DNA of 58,532 bases from Pseudonocardiaceae bacterium (GTDB lineage Bacteria; Actinomycetota; Actinomycetes; Mycobacteriales; Pseudonocardiaceae): NCBI GenBank assembly GCA_050700255.1, contig JBOHGX010000136.1:1-58532 (forward strand), read 5' to 3'. The notes beneath the pieces are model-generated. The model saw only the letters and a list, made by a program, of their open reading frames with translations, made no database searches and had not been told where the DNA came from. Made by a program: the position numbers and the translations under genes. Of this stretch, positions 1-9,301 are shown piece after piece; the first letter of the stretch is position 1; every line of letters starts with the position of its first letter.

Positions 1-314
1 GTGCCGATGTAGTTGTGGCCGAGCTGCAGCGCCTCGCGCAGCGACAGCTCCAGCACCTTCTTCGCGCGCGGGGTGAAGGGGATGTGCCCGCTGGGCGCGT
101 GCTGTCCCTGGCCGATGATCTCCTCGACCTGCTGGCGCACGCCCTCCAGGGCGATACCCAACGACTCCAGCGCCTTGGCGGCGACACCCTCACCCTCGTG
201 GATCAGCCCCAGGAGGATGTGCTCGGTGCCGATGTAGTTGTGGTTGAGCATCCTGGCCTCTTCCTGGGCCAGGACGACCACCCGCCTCGCGCGGTCGGTG
301 AACCTTTCGAACAT
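1..314 (-). CDS. ClpC-like paralogue, N-terminal Clp_N repeat region only (5' partial; the ORF continues past the left window edge, so it is missing from the supplied ORF track)
   Basis: Minus-strand ATG at 314-312. Translation [105 protein letters not shown] is 103/104 identical to the N-terminus of the ClpC at 532. No stop codon before position 1. Confidence 0.85.
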   Translation of the reverse strand, partial: MFERFTDRARRVVVLAQEEARMLNHNYIGTEHILLGLIHEGEGVAAKALESLGIALEGVRQQVEEIIGQGQHAPSGHIPFTPRAKKVLELSLREALQLGHNYIG

Positions 315-531
315 TCTCACTCCCTGACTGCTGCGCCGGCGGCCCTTCTCCACCTCTTGGCAGTGGATTCAGCACCGTGGGACCACTGTAGTAGGCCGCG
401 CTGTCATGCTCAGTGCCGCAAGCGGCTCTAGGCGGCAACATCGCCCGGACGGAGGTCCCGTCACCCTGGATAACGTGCGGTGACCGGGAGAGCCCCGGCA
501 CACCCAGACCGCCCGGTGAGGAGCGCTACTG

Positions 532-3060
532 ATGTTCGAGAGGTTCACCGACCGCGCGCGGCGGGTCGTGGTCCTGGCCCAGGAAGAGGCCAGGATGCTC
601 AACCACAACTACATCGGCACCGAGCACATCCTGCTGGGTCTGATCCACGAGGGTGAGGGCGTTGCGGCCAAGGCCCTCGAGTCGCTGGGGATCGCCCTGG
701 AGGGGGTGCGCCAGCAGGTCGAGGAGATCATCGGCCAGGGCCAGCAAGCCCCGTCGGGTCACATCCCGTTCACGCCACGGGCCAAGAAGGTGCTGGAGCT
801 GTCGCTGCGCGAGGCGCTGCAGCTTGGGCACAACTACATCGGCACCGAGCACATCCTGCTCGGGCTCATCCGGGAAGGCGAGGGCGTGGCCGCGCAGGTG
901 CTGGTCAAGCTCGGTGCCGACCTCAACCGGGTACGCCAGCAGGTGCTGCAGCTGCTGTCGGGTTACCAGGGCAAGGAGCCCACCGAGTCCGGCTCCGGCC
1001 GTGGCGAGGGCACCCCGTCGTCGTCGCTGGTGCTCGACCAGTTCGGCCGCAATCTCACCGCAAGTGCCCGCGAGGGCAAGCTGGATCCGGTGATCGGGCG
1101 CGGCAAGGAGATCGAGCGCGTCATGCAGGTGCTGTCTCGGCGCACCAAGAACAACCCGATCCTCGTCGGCGAGCCCGGCGTCGGCAAGACCGCCGTCGTC
1201 GAAGGCCTGGCGCAGAACATCATCAAGGGCGAGGTGCCGGAGACGCTCAAGGACAAGCAGCTCTACACCCTCGACCTCGGTTCGCTGGTCGCCGGCTCCC
1301 GGTACCGTGGTGACTTCGAGGAGCGCCTGAAGAAGGTCCTCAAGGAGATCCGCACCCGCGGCGACATCATCCTGTTCATCGACGAGGTCCACACTCTCGT
1401 CGGGGCGGGTGCTGCCGAGGGCGCGATCGACGCCGCGTCGATCCTCAAGCCGATGCTGGCCCGCGGTGAGCTGCAGACCATCGGTGCTACCACGCTCGAC
1501 GAATACCGCAAGCACATCGAGAAGGACCCCGCGCTGGAGCGCCGGTTCCAGCCGATCCAGGTCGGCGAGCCGCCCGTAGATCACACCATTGAGATCCTCA
1601 AGGGCCTACGCGACCGCTACGAGGCACACCACCGCGTCTCCATCACCGACAGCGCACTGGTTGCCGCCGCGACCCTGGCCGACCGGTACATCAACGACCG
1701 GTTCCTGCCGGACAAGGCGATCGACCTGGTCGACGAGGCGGGCGCCCGGATGCGGATCCGCCGGATGACCGCTCCGCCGGACCTGCGCGAATTCGACGAG
1801 AAGATCGCCGCGGTGCGCCGGGACAAAGAGTCGGCCATCGATGCCCAGGACTTCGAGAAAGCCGCGAAGCTGCGGGATTCCGAGAAGCAGCTGCTGGTGA
1901 AGAAGTCCGAGCGGGAGAAGCAGTGGAAGGCCGGTGACCTCGACGTCGTCGCCGAGGTCGATGAGGAGCAGATCGCCGAGGTGTTGGCGAACTGGACCGG
2001 CATCCCCGTGTTCAAGCTCACCGAGGAGGAGACCACTCGGCTGTTGCGCATGGAGGACGAGCTGCACAAGCGGATCATCGGCCAGCATGAGGCGGTCAAG
2101 GCCGTTTCCAAGGCGATGCGCCGTACCCGTGCAGGTCTGAAGGATCCCAAGCGGCCGTCCGGGTCGTTCATCTTCGCCGGCCCCTCCGGTGTGGGTAAGA
2201 CCGAGCTGTCCAAGGCGCTGGCGGAATTCCTGTTCGGTGATGACGACGCGCTCATCCAGATCGACATGGGTGAGTTCCACGACCGCTACACCGCATCCCG
2301 GCTTTTCGGTGCCCCGCCCGGATACGTGGGTTACGAGGAAGGCGGTCAGCTCACCGAGAAGGTGCGCCGCAAGCCGTTCTCGGTGGTGCTCTTCGACGAG
2401 ATCGAGAAGGCGCACCAGGAGGTGTACAACACGCTGCTGCAGGTGCTGGAGGACGGTCGGCTGACCGACGGCCAGGGTCGCACGGTGGACTTCAAGAACA
2501 CCGTGATCATCTTCACCACCAACCTCGGCACTTCGGACATCTCCAAGGCTGTGGGTCTGGGCTTCTCGGTAGGAAATGATGAGAGCTCGAACTACGAGCG
2601 GATGAAGAGCAAGGTCAACGACGAGGTCAAGAAGCATTTCCGTCCGGAGTTCCTCAACCGGATCGACGACACGATCGTCTTCCACCAGCTCACCGAGGAA
2701 GAGATCATCAGGATGGTCGATCTGATGATCTCCCGGGTCGAGGTTCAGCTACGTAATAAGGACATGGAGCTGGAGCTCACCACGATGGCCAAGAGGTTCC
2801 TGGCTAAGCGTGGATTCGATCCTGTGCTGGGCGCCCGGCCGCTACGCCGGACCATCCAGCGGGAAATCGAGGATCAGCTGTCGGAGAAGATCCTGTTCGG
2901 CGAGATCGAGCCGGGTCAGATCGTCATTGTCGATGCTGAGAACTGGGACGGCGAGGGCCCGACCGAGGACGCCAGGCTGGCGTTCCGCGGCGAGCCAAAG
3001 CCGTTGCGGGTACCCGACGCGCTACCGGTTGACCTGGGAAGCGCCCCAAGCGCCGACTGA
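532..3060 (+). CDS. clpC1: ATP-dependent Clp protease ATP-binding subunit ClpC1 (class I AAA+ unfoldase)
   Basis: 842-aa ORF. Two Clp_N repeats ([13 protein letters not shown] twice), two Walker A loops ([16 protein letters not shown]), middle-domain UVR-like segment. SD GGTGAGGAG about 8 nt upstream of the ATG. Confidence 0.98.
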   Translation: MFERFTDRARRVVVLAQEEARMLNHNYIGTEHILLGLIHEGEGVAAKALESLGIALEGVRQQVEEIIGQGQQAPSGHIPFTPRAKKVLELSLREALQLGHNYIGTEHILLGLIREGEGVAAQVLVKLGADLNRVRQQVLQLLSGYQGKEPTESGSGRGEGTPSSSLVLDQFGRNLTASAREGKLDPVIGRGKEIERVMQVLSRRTKNNPILVGEPGVGKTAVVEGLAQNIIKGEVPETLKDKQLYTLDLGSLVAGSRYRGDFEERLKKVLKEIRTRGDIILFIDEVHTLVGAGAAEGAIDAASILKPMLARGELQTIGATTLDEYRKHIEKDPALERRFQPIQVGEPPVDHTIEILKGLRDRYEAHHRVSITDSALVAAATLADRYINDRFLPDKAIDLVDEAGARMRIRRMTAPPDLREFDEKIAAVRRDKESAIDAQDFEKAAKLRDSEKQLLVKKSEREKQWKAGDLDVVAEVDEEQIAEVLANWTGIPVFKLTEEETTRLLRMEDELHKRIIGQHEAVKAVSKAMRRTRAGLKDPKRPSGSFIFAGPSGVGKTELSKALAEFLFGDDDALIQIDMGEFHDRYTASRLFGAPPGYVGYEEGGQLTEKVRRKPFSVVLFDEIEKAHQEVYNTLLQVLEDGRLTDGQGRTVDFKNTVIIFTTNLGTSDISKAVGLGFSVGNDESSNYERMKSKVNDEVKKHFRPEFLNRIDDTIVFHQLTEEEIIRMVDLMISRVEVQLRNKDMELELTTMAKRFLAKRGFDPVLGARPLRRTIQREIEDQLSEKILFGEIEPGQIVIVDAENWDGEGPTEDARLAFRGEPKPLRVPDALPVDLGSAPSAD

Positions 3061-3085
3061 TCAGCCCTTCGCGCGTGTCGGGCTC

Positions 3086-3119
3086 TGGTGCACGCCGTGT
3101 CGCGCGTTGGTGTGCACCG
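3086..3119. terminator. Candidate hairpin between convergent clpC1 and the ABM gene
   Basis: tggtgcacgccg (3086-3097) can pair with tggtgtgcaccg (3108-3119): 12 bp including 3 G-U pairs, 10-nt loop. No U-tract, and an alternative stem caccgcc/ggcggtg lies just downstream. Confidence 0.25.
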
Positions 3120-3142
3120 CCACGGTTCGAGGCGGTGCCGAG

Positions 3143-3463
3143 TCACCCCGGGGTACCGGGAGAAGGCTCGGCTGACTGCACGACCTCGAACTCGAGCAGG
3201 GAGGAGCCGGTGGCTACCGGTTTGGCCCGCGCGCCGGAGTGTGCCTCCATCGCCGGGCCGTTGCGCCAGTCCTGGAAGTGTTCCTCGGTCTCCCACTTGG
3301 TGTAGACGAAGTACCGGTTATCACCTGCTACGGGGCGCAGCAGCTCGAAGCCGAGGAAGCCCGGGGCGGACTCCACCGACCCGTGGCGGGCCGCGAATCG
3401 GCGTTCCAGCTCGGGACCCGCGCCTTCCGGCACCTCGATAGCGTTGATCTTCACGATGGCCAT
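3143..3463 (-). CDS. mhuD: ABM-fold monooxygenase, MhuD/IsdG-like haem-degrading monooxygenase
   Basis: 106 aa. MAIVKINAIEVPEGAGPELERRFA...LLEFEVV closely resembles M. tuberculosis MhuD as I remember it. Its position near clpC1/mutY/carbonic anhydrase mirrors the Rv3588c-Rv3596c region. Confidence 0.85.
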   Translation of the reverse strand: MAIVKINAIEVPEGAGPELERRFAARHGSVESAPGFLGFELLRPVAGDNRYFVYTKWETEEHFQDWRNGPAMEAHSGARAKPVATGSSLLEFEVVQSAEPSPGTPG

Positions 3464-3510
3464 GCAGCCAGCCTACGGCTAGCCGGACTTAGCTTTCGCC
3501 GGTATCGGGA

Positions 3511-4159
3511 TCAGCTCAGGAGCTTGGCGTCGTAGGGGTATGTGCAGAGCAGTTCTGCGCCCTCCGCCATCACGACCACTTGGTCCTCAAGCTTGACGCC
3601 GAACGGCGCGCCCACCTTCCCCGCGTAGCACTCCAGACAGAGGGCCATGTTCTCCCGGATCTCGCGCTGGGGGAAGAGCGCAAGGCCGTGGTCGTCGACA
3701 TACGGGATCACGTAGCCTTCGTAGCCGTTGGCACGGCCAGCCGCTCATTTTCCAGACCCAGTCCCGGAGCAGCGAGCCGATCGATTGGGCCCACTCGCGG
3801 GCCTTGACCTGGGGGTCGACGCCACCGAGCTGCCATGTGAAGGCCGGCCGAACGTCTCGGACTAGCTTCTGGGCGACGTGCATCGACTTCCTATACTCGA
3901 AGAGGCCGTCAGCGGGAACCACGCAGTAGCGCATGAAGGTGCCGGACGTCCACACTCCCATCACGTCGACCCCGGTGGCGTAGCGGATGTTCGCGGTGTC
4001 GTAGAACAAGCACACCGGCAGATCATGCAGTTTCATCATGTCCTGCAGCCGTTGCAGCCGCCTGGCGCGAAGCTGAACAAAGTCGATCTCGCTGAGGTTC
4101 GGCACTCGCAGCGCGCTGACGCGAGGCCGGATGGCCGAATCACGGCCCGGGTCGCTCAC
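3511..4159 (-). pseudogene. Decayed M24 family metallopeptidase (creatinase/prolidase/ectoine-hydrolase-like): intact N-terminal domain, frameshifts, and loss of most of the catalytic pita-bread domain
   Basis: About 140 aa of creatinase_N-like sequence (4159 down to about 3745), then the frame breaks at ..LLRDW. GLENERLAV continues in a second frame, and NGYEGYVIPYVDDHGLALFPQREIRENMALCLECYAGKVGAPFGVKLEDQVVVMAEGAELLCTYPYDAKLLS (the M24 C-terminus) in a third. Total span is about 215 codons versus about 390 for an intact enzyme. Confidence 0.7.
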
Positions 4160-5022
4160 GGGCGTTCACCGGGCAAGGCAAAGCAGCCGTCGATAGCCTG
4201 CTCCACAAGGCCATCGACGATCAGCGAGTCCAGGCACCGATCGCGCTGCTGGGCGTCGACCCAGACCTCGTCCAGCCGGGCCCGAGGTACGGGACTCGCC
4301 GTTGCGCGCAGTACGTCGAGCAGCAATCCGCGCACCTGGCGGTCGGTGCCGGCAAAGCGCTGCCCGGGTCGACCGGAGACGGTCCCGGCAGGCTTGCCGG
4401 CGCGAATCCAGGCGCACTCGCCGACCACCGGACAGTCGGCGCAGCGCGGGCTGCGAGCGGTGCACACGACGGCGCCGAGCTCCATCAGCGCGGCGGAGAA
4501 GCGGGCGGGCTGCGCCTGGGGCAGTACACCCTCCACATCAGACAGATCCCGACAGGTGGATGGCGCAGCAGGGTCGGCCCTACCACGCAACGCACGAGCA
4601 ACGACACGCCGGACGTTGGTGTCCACCACCGGCACGCGGTGCCCGTACCCGAAGGCCGCTACCGCTCGGGCGGTGTAGGCACCGATCCCCGGCAGAGTGA
4701 GCAGCACGTCCACATCCGAAGGGACGACGTCGTCGTGCTGAGAGGCGATGGCTACGGCGGACGCGTGCAGCCGCAGGGCCCGCCGTGGGTAGCCCAGCTT
4801 TCCCCAGGCGCGGACGGCGGCGCCGGGTGTCTCGGCGGCCAGGCTCGACGGTGTGGGCCAGCGGGCCATCCACTCGGTCCACACTCCGGTGACGCGATGC
4901 ACCGGAGTTTGCTGCAGCATGACCTCGCTGACCAGCACGCCCCACGGCGTGGTACCGGGCTTGCGCCAGGGCAGGTCACGTGCATGGGCGTCGAACCAGG
5001 TGATCAGTTGCCTCGTGTTCAC
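4156..5022 (-). CDS. mutY: A/G-specific adenine DNA glycosylase MutY
   Basis: HhH-GPD motif LPGIGAYTARAV and a 4Fe-4S cluster loop CTARSPRCADCPVVGEC. GTG start at 5022 overlaps the upstream stop as GTGA. The longer track ORF (to 5250) overlaps the carbonic anhydrase gene and is rejected. Confidence 0.92.
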   Translation of the reverse strand: MNTRQLITWFDAHARDLPWRKPGTTPWGVLVSEVMLQQTPVHRVTGVWTEWMARWPTPSSLAAETPGAAVRAWGKLGYPRRALRLHASAVAIASQHDDVVPSDVDVLLTLPGIGAYTARAVAAFGYGHRVPVVDTNVRRVVARALRGRADPAAPSTCRDLSDVEGVLPQAQPARFSAALMELGAVVCTARSPRCADCPVVGECAWIRAGKPAGTVSGRPGQRFAGTDRQVRGLLLDVLRATASPVPRARLDEVWVDAQQRDRCLDSLIVDGLVEQAIDGCFALPGERP

Positions 5023-5519
5023 GGTTGGGACGGCTGTACCTCGGCGAGGTCGCCGGTCTCGACATCCACCATGAAGCCACGCACCGCGGTGGTATTCGCC
5101 AGGAACGGGCTCCGCCGAACCCGTTCCACCGACTGCCGCACGTCCGATTCCGTGTCGCGGAATGTCCCGACCGCCCAAGTGGGACGCAGGCCGGTGGCCT
5201 CCTGAAGTTCGGACCAGAAGTCCTCGTCGGTGAAGGTCGCCATCCCACACTTGGTGTGGTGCAGCAGCATCACCTCGGTGGTTCCCAGTTTTCGCTGGCT
5301 GACCGCCAGGGACCGGATGATGTCATCGGTGACGACGCCACCGGCGTTGCGGATCACGTGTGCCTCGCCCGGCTGCAGGCCGAGTAGCTGGACCGGGTCG
5401 ATCCGGGCGTCCATACAGGCCACCACCGCGACGCGCAGGCCAGGCCGGGCCGCCAGCGCGCCGGGGCCGGTACCCGACCGGAGTGCGTTGCGGTCCACCA
5501 AGTCCTCTATCGCCGTCAT
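5019..5519 (-). CDS. Beta-class carbonic anhydrase
   Basis: 166 aa from MTAIEDL. Zinc ligand motifs VVACMDARI and HHTKCGM. SD GGAGGAGAGG upstream of the ATG at 5519. Confidence 0.9.
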   Translation of the reverse strand: MTAIEDLVDRNALRSGTGPGALAARPGLRVAVVACMDARIDPVQLLGLQPGEAHVIRNAGGVVTDDIIRSLAVSQRKLGTTEVMLLHHTKCGMATFTDEDFWSELQEATGLRPTWAVGTFRDTESDVRQSVERVRRSPFLANTTAVRGFMVDVETGDLAEVQPSQP

Positions 5520-6004
5520 GGGCCTCTCCTCCGCTGCGAGGTGCGATGGACGTTGTGAGACGCGAAATCCTAGGCCAACAGCGGTCGCGTCCAGGCATCG
5601 ACGAGCCATCCGGCAAACCGCTCGGGGATCCAGCCGCGTTCGTGGACGAGCAGCAGCGCGGCCGATCGTGAGCGCAGCACCTGACGACTGGGGCATGCAC
5701 ATCAGCGTGCAGGGACGGATTGTGCTTCAGGCGATCCCACTCTGTCGGGTATCGACTGGCTCTCGGAGCACTTCAGCGGCAAGCCGTATCCCGATCTTCG
5801 CGCTCTCCGGACACCTCGTGGGGAGCGTCGATCCCAGCGACGCATTCTTCGACCACGCAACCGAGCAGATGGCAGACCTCGTCAGGCTGCACCGCGCCAC
5901 CGGCAATTCCGAGGTTCTTGACCGCAACTTAGTGTGAGCGTGCCGAATCGGGTTGTAACTGCCCGCTTCACTACCTACTCTGGGCAGTGGGGCGAGGCGC
6001 GGTG

Positions 6005-7489
6005 ATGATGCCTGCCGATGCGTCGGCGGGCATACGTTGCTGGTCGCATCGAGACGAGGTGGTGAGTGTGGTCCGTTCTCGCTCCGCTGAGTTCGTACAC
6101 CCGGCTGAGTTCGTACACCCGGCGTTGTTCTACCGCGGCACCGCGGAGTACCTCAAAGGCACGGTGCCCTTCATTCGCGACGGGTTGGCCGCCGGCGAAC
6201 CCGTCGCCGTCGCCGTGCCAGGTCCGAACCTACGGCTCATCCTCACCGACTTGGGCGCCGACGCCGGGCGGGTGCGCCTGCTTGACATGATTCGTGCCGG
6301 CCGTAATCAGGGACGGATCATTCCCGGTGTGCTGCGTGCCTTCGCCGACGCCCACCCCGGCGGGCGAGTCCGGATTATCGCCGAACCCATGTGGTCTGCC
6401 CGAGCAACCATGGAATACCCGGCGTGTGTCCAGCACGAGGCGTTGATCGACCTCGCCTTCGCGGGGCGACCTGTCACGATCCTGTGCCCGTATGACGCCG
6501 ACCGTCTGGGCCCACAGACCCTCGCCGATGCCGAAGCTGGTCACCCGCTGCTGATTGATGCCAACGGTGAGCGAGCCAGCACCAGCTACCCGCCGGAACG
6601 CGTCAGCGCCGACTACAACCAGGCCTCACCGCCAGCGGTGGCTTCCAGCATCGTCTTCGACGCCACCAACCAGGCGCTCGTCCGCCAGTTCACCATCGAC
6701 CACGCTGCTCGCCTCGGCCTGGATGGTGATCATGCGGAACTCAAGCTGATCGTCGGTGAGCTGACGGCGAGCAGCCTTGCCCATGCCGGGCCGACTGGCA
6801 CGCTGTACGTGTGGGCTGAGCTGGGCTACCTCGTGTGCGAAGTCCGGGACGCCGAACACATCGTCGATCCGCTCGTCGGTCGCGATCCGGCTGAGCCGAG
6901 CCAATCACACGGCCGTGGTCTCATGTTAGCCAACTACCTGTCGGACCTGGTCCAGCAGCACACCTGCCCGCAGGGAACCACCACCCGGGTATATCTGAAG
7001 CTTCCCTCTCAGGATGAGACTTCCAACGACCCGGGTGAACCCATTTCCGCGGCGCGGCGCACCAGACGCGCACCGCCTCGATCGACGCCGTTGCCATGGC
7101 AGACCTACGAGGCACTGCACGCCGCTGAGCGCTTCGGGCGATACCTCCCGCAGGACGCCGCAGGCAGCGATCGGCCCCCTGCAGCCGTGGTGAGCACCGA
7201 GCGGCCCACCGCTGTGAGCAGCGAGCAGCCCAACAAGGACTGGTGCCCGGCGGAACCGGTACTCGAGGCCTTGACTGCGGTGGAGACGCTTGCTCGGGTG
7301 GTGGACCGGTGGCGCGCCAGGTTGGTGCGGCTGGCCCGGACACGCGGTGCGCCATGGACCGAGATCGGTCACTCGCTGGGCGTGAGCAAGCAGGCGGCAC
7401 ATGAACGCTACGGGCAAGCACGCAGACGGAGGGTCAGCCGGCAACTTCCTGGCCGCGTCGGTCCGCTGCCACCGGTTCAAGGCACGTAG
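6005..7489 (+). CDS. MEDS sensory domain + RsbW/SpoIIAB-like anti-sigma serine kinase (HATPase) + C-terminal HTH extension
   Basis: MEDS-like PALFYRGTAEYLKGTVPFIRDGLAAGEPVAV. Kinase-like block LIVGELTASSLAHAG...GRGLMLANYLSDLV. C-terminal WTEIGHSLGVSKQAAHERYG helix-turn-helix. Start uncertain (GTG 5987, ATG 6005/6008). Confidence 0.7.
   Translation: MMPADASAGIRCWSHRDEVVSVVRSRSAEFVHPAEFVHPALFYRGTAEYLKGTVPFIRDGLAAGEPVAVAVPGPNLRLILTDLGADAGRVRLLDMIRAGRNQGRIIPGVLRAFADAHPGGRVRIIAEPMWSARATMEYPACVQHEALIDLAFAGRPVTILCPYDADRLGPQTLADAEAGHPLLIDANGERASTSYPPERVSADYNQASPPAVASSIVFDATNQALVRQFTIDHAARLGLDGDHAELKLIVGELTASSLAHAGPTGTLYVWAELGYLVCEVRDAEHIVDPLVGRDPAEPSQSHGRGLMLANYLSDLVQQHTCPQGTTTRVYLKLPSQDETSNDPGEPISAARRTRRAPPRSTPLPWQTYEALHAAERFGRYLPQDAAGSDRPPAAVVSTERPTAVSSEQPNKDWCPAEPVLEALTAVETLARVVDRWRARLVRLARTRGAPWTEIGHSLGVSKQAAHERYGQARRRRVSRQLPGRVGPLPPVQGT
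6086..6121 (+). repeat. Perfect 18-bp tandem duplication (gctgagttcgtacacccg x2) inside the MEDS gene, in frame (AEFVHP AEFVHP)
   Basis: Read directly: 6086-6103 is identical to 6104-6121. Confidence 0.95.
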
Positions 7490-7495
7490 TCAGCG

Positions 7496-8245
7496 TTACC
7501 ACGCCCACTCAGAATGCAGCTCGGCATGCCAATAATGCGGGTACCACTGCTCGATCACGAAGCCCATCCCGACACCGCGAGCCAGTGACACGCTGCGTTC
7601 GAGCTTACGGGTGATCGGCGCACCGGGAGCGTCTTTGTTGTCCGACCACGATTCCCACTGGCGGATACAGGTTCGCGTACCAAGATAGGTGTTGCTGCAG
7701 CTGCTGGGTGGCGACCACACCTGGGTATGGAAGAAGTCCATGATCTTGCCGGTGTGCTGCTCAGTGATCGTTCCCCAGGCCTGGAGGCAGTACGCCTGTG
7801 GTGGGATCGTCCACTGCACGTAGTGCTGACGGCCTCCATCCGACGGCACTGGCACCAAGTTCTGGCAGGATCCGCCGCCGATCAGTTCCCGGTGAACCCG
7901 CTGCACGTAGTAAGTGCCGTGGTCGCGCCATCCGTCGAGCAATACCCAGTTTCCAGAGCGGATGAACCGCTCTGCATTGGCCGGTGGCCACCTCGTTGGG
8001 TCGCCCCACAACACTTCCGACTCATTACCCAGCGGTGTCCACGACCACTGCCCCACGGGGATGCCGCCGGAGTAGAACACCCCGACATGGCGCTGGTCCA
8101 TCATCGAGTATTGCCCGTAGTCCTCTGGCGCCGCGGCGGCGACGAGTTCTTCCGCGAACAGCAGCGAAGCGAGCAGAACGCAGGACAGCGCGGTACGAAG
8201 TGCCGACCCGATCAGGGGCCAGTTGGTGACTCTGAGGCGTATCAC
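7496..8245 (-). CDS. Secreted hypothetical protein, Trp- and Cys-rich, no family recognised
   Basis: 249-aa ORF with signal-peptide-like N-terminus (MIRLRVTNWPLIGSALRTALSCVLLASLLFAEELVAAAAP). 6 Cys and many Trp in the mature part. Coding-type GC3. Confidence 0.6.
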   Translation of the reverse strand: MIRLRVTNWPLIGSALRTALSCVLLASLLFAEELVAAAAPEDYGQYSMMDQRHVGVFYSGGIPVGQWSWTPLGNESEVLWGDPTRWPPANAERFIRSGNWVLLDGWRDHGTYYVQRVHRELIGGGSCQNLVPVPSDGGRQHYVQWTIPPQAYCLQAWGTITEQHTGKIMDFFHTQVWSPPSSCSNTYLGTRTCIRQWESWSDNKDAPGAPITRKLERSVSLARGVGMGFVIEQWYPHYWHAELHSEWAW

Positions 8246-8349
8246 GGCTCCCTACCGCGTAACGGCGTGATCAGTCCTGTTGTCTTATCGCGGGAGAGTA
8301 ACTAAACGTTACCGATCTGTCGCGGCGCGGACGTCGACCAGCGGATCTC

Positions 8350-9132
8350 TCACCCACCGGTGGTGGACGGCCGAGCTGGACGGCTGTCCCTGTCAACAGC
8401 GGTGATCGCCGCTGACCTCAAGCGCCATAGTGCGGCTGCGTGGAGCAGAATCGACACGGGCACGACGAAGGTCGGGAAGAGTACAAACGGGTATCTGGTG
8501 ATCAGGGAATTGGGCATGGAGAGGGCTAGCTGCTGGAACGCGGAGGGGGAGGTGAGAAATCCCAGGATCACCGCAAGCAACAGCTCGGCGATGCCAAGGA
8601 CGTTCCAGGAGCGCGCCAGCACGCGAGCGGACCGAAGATTCTTCATGACCGCGTAGGCGACCAGCGGTGCGGTTAGGCCGATGAGGGTGTCTCCGATGCC
8701 GGCATGGAGCGCGAACTCGGCTGGCATGATCTGCCAAAAGTATGCGACAAGGAATGACACGCCCAGGACGCGGTAGAGCTGAACCGCAATGAGCCAGGGC
8801 AGAGGGATTGTCGTGATCAGCATCCGGATCCGGTCGGATGCGGCGAGGCACCAGAGCCCGAAGATGATCGGGATTCCGATGCCGAAGGCAATCGCCGGGT
8901 TGGATGTGTCCGGTGTGGCAGCGAAGGCGCCCCTTGCTGCAAGCACGAACAGAAGTCCGATCCAGCCGAGCAGGATCGTCACGGAGACGCCGATGATCCA
9001 AGCCGGGCGGATCCCTGGCGTCGACCTTTGCGTAGTCACGGCCGCATATGCAATCCCAGCGATGATCAACGCCGCTAATCCCACGGGCACGGCAGTGATG
9101 ACCACGTTCAGCGGCGTCGGAACCATTTTCAC
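8350..9132 (-). CDS. Integral membrane protein (about 7-8 TM helices), family not recognised
   Basis: 260-aa hydrophobic ORF. Same strand as, and downstream of, the LAL regulator. Confidence 0.65.
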   Translation of the reverse strand: MKMVPTPLNVVITAVPVGLAALIIAGIAYAAVTTQRSTPGIRPAWIIGVSVTILLGWIGLLFVLAARGAFAATPDTSNPAIAFGIGIPIIFGLWCLAASDRIRMLITTIPLPWLIAVQLYRVLGVSFLVAYFWQIMPAEFALHAGIGDTLIGLTAPLVAYAVMKNLRSARVLARSWNVLGIAELLLAVILGFLTSPSAFQQLALSMPNSLITRYPFVLFPTFVVPVSILLHAAALWRLRSAAITAVDRDSRPARPSTTGG

Positions 9133-9221
9133 TCCCAGCGATATGAAGCCTCACCACCGCCCATCGTCGCCCCCAGCTGTCCCCACAACATCGGCCAGTT
9201 GACCGATCCCAACTTTCAACC

Positions 9222-9301
9222 GCCACATGGATGCTTATCGCTGTCGGCGGGCGGTCCTGGGGTGCCACATGGATGCTTATCGTTGTCCTTGGCGGCGGGC
9301 G
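9222..9301. repeat. Direct duplication (42-bp period) of the 3' end of the LAL gene
   Basis: gccacatggatgcttatcgCtgtc--ggcgggcg (9222-9253) versus gccacatggatgcttatcgTtgtccttggcggcgggcg (9264-9301). The second copy contains the LAL stop codon (9277-9279). Confidence 0.85.

Noticed and set aside
315-531. Search for a ClgR-type operator (CGC-N5-GCG) in the divergent clpC promoter region
   Set aside because: I found no convincing match by eye, only partial CGC/GCG strings at the wrong spacing. No claim made.
526-2685. Long minus-strand ORFs (526-1584, 352 aa; 1606-2685, 359 aa) inside clpC1
   Set aside because: They are antisense shadows of a very well supported gene in a high-GC genome. The translations are Arg/Leu/Val/Asp-rich low-information sequence with no motifs.
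5703-5986. Small ORFs in three frames between the carbonic anhydrase and MEDS genes, e.g. ...LSGHLVGSVDPSDAFFDHATEQMADLVRLHRATGNSEVLDRNLV
   Set aside because: One frame has coding-like GC3 over about 45 codons, but there is no credible start/SD and no family resemblance. It may be a gene remnant and is left unannotated.
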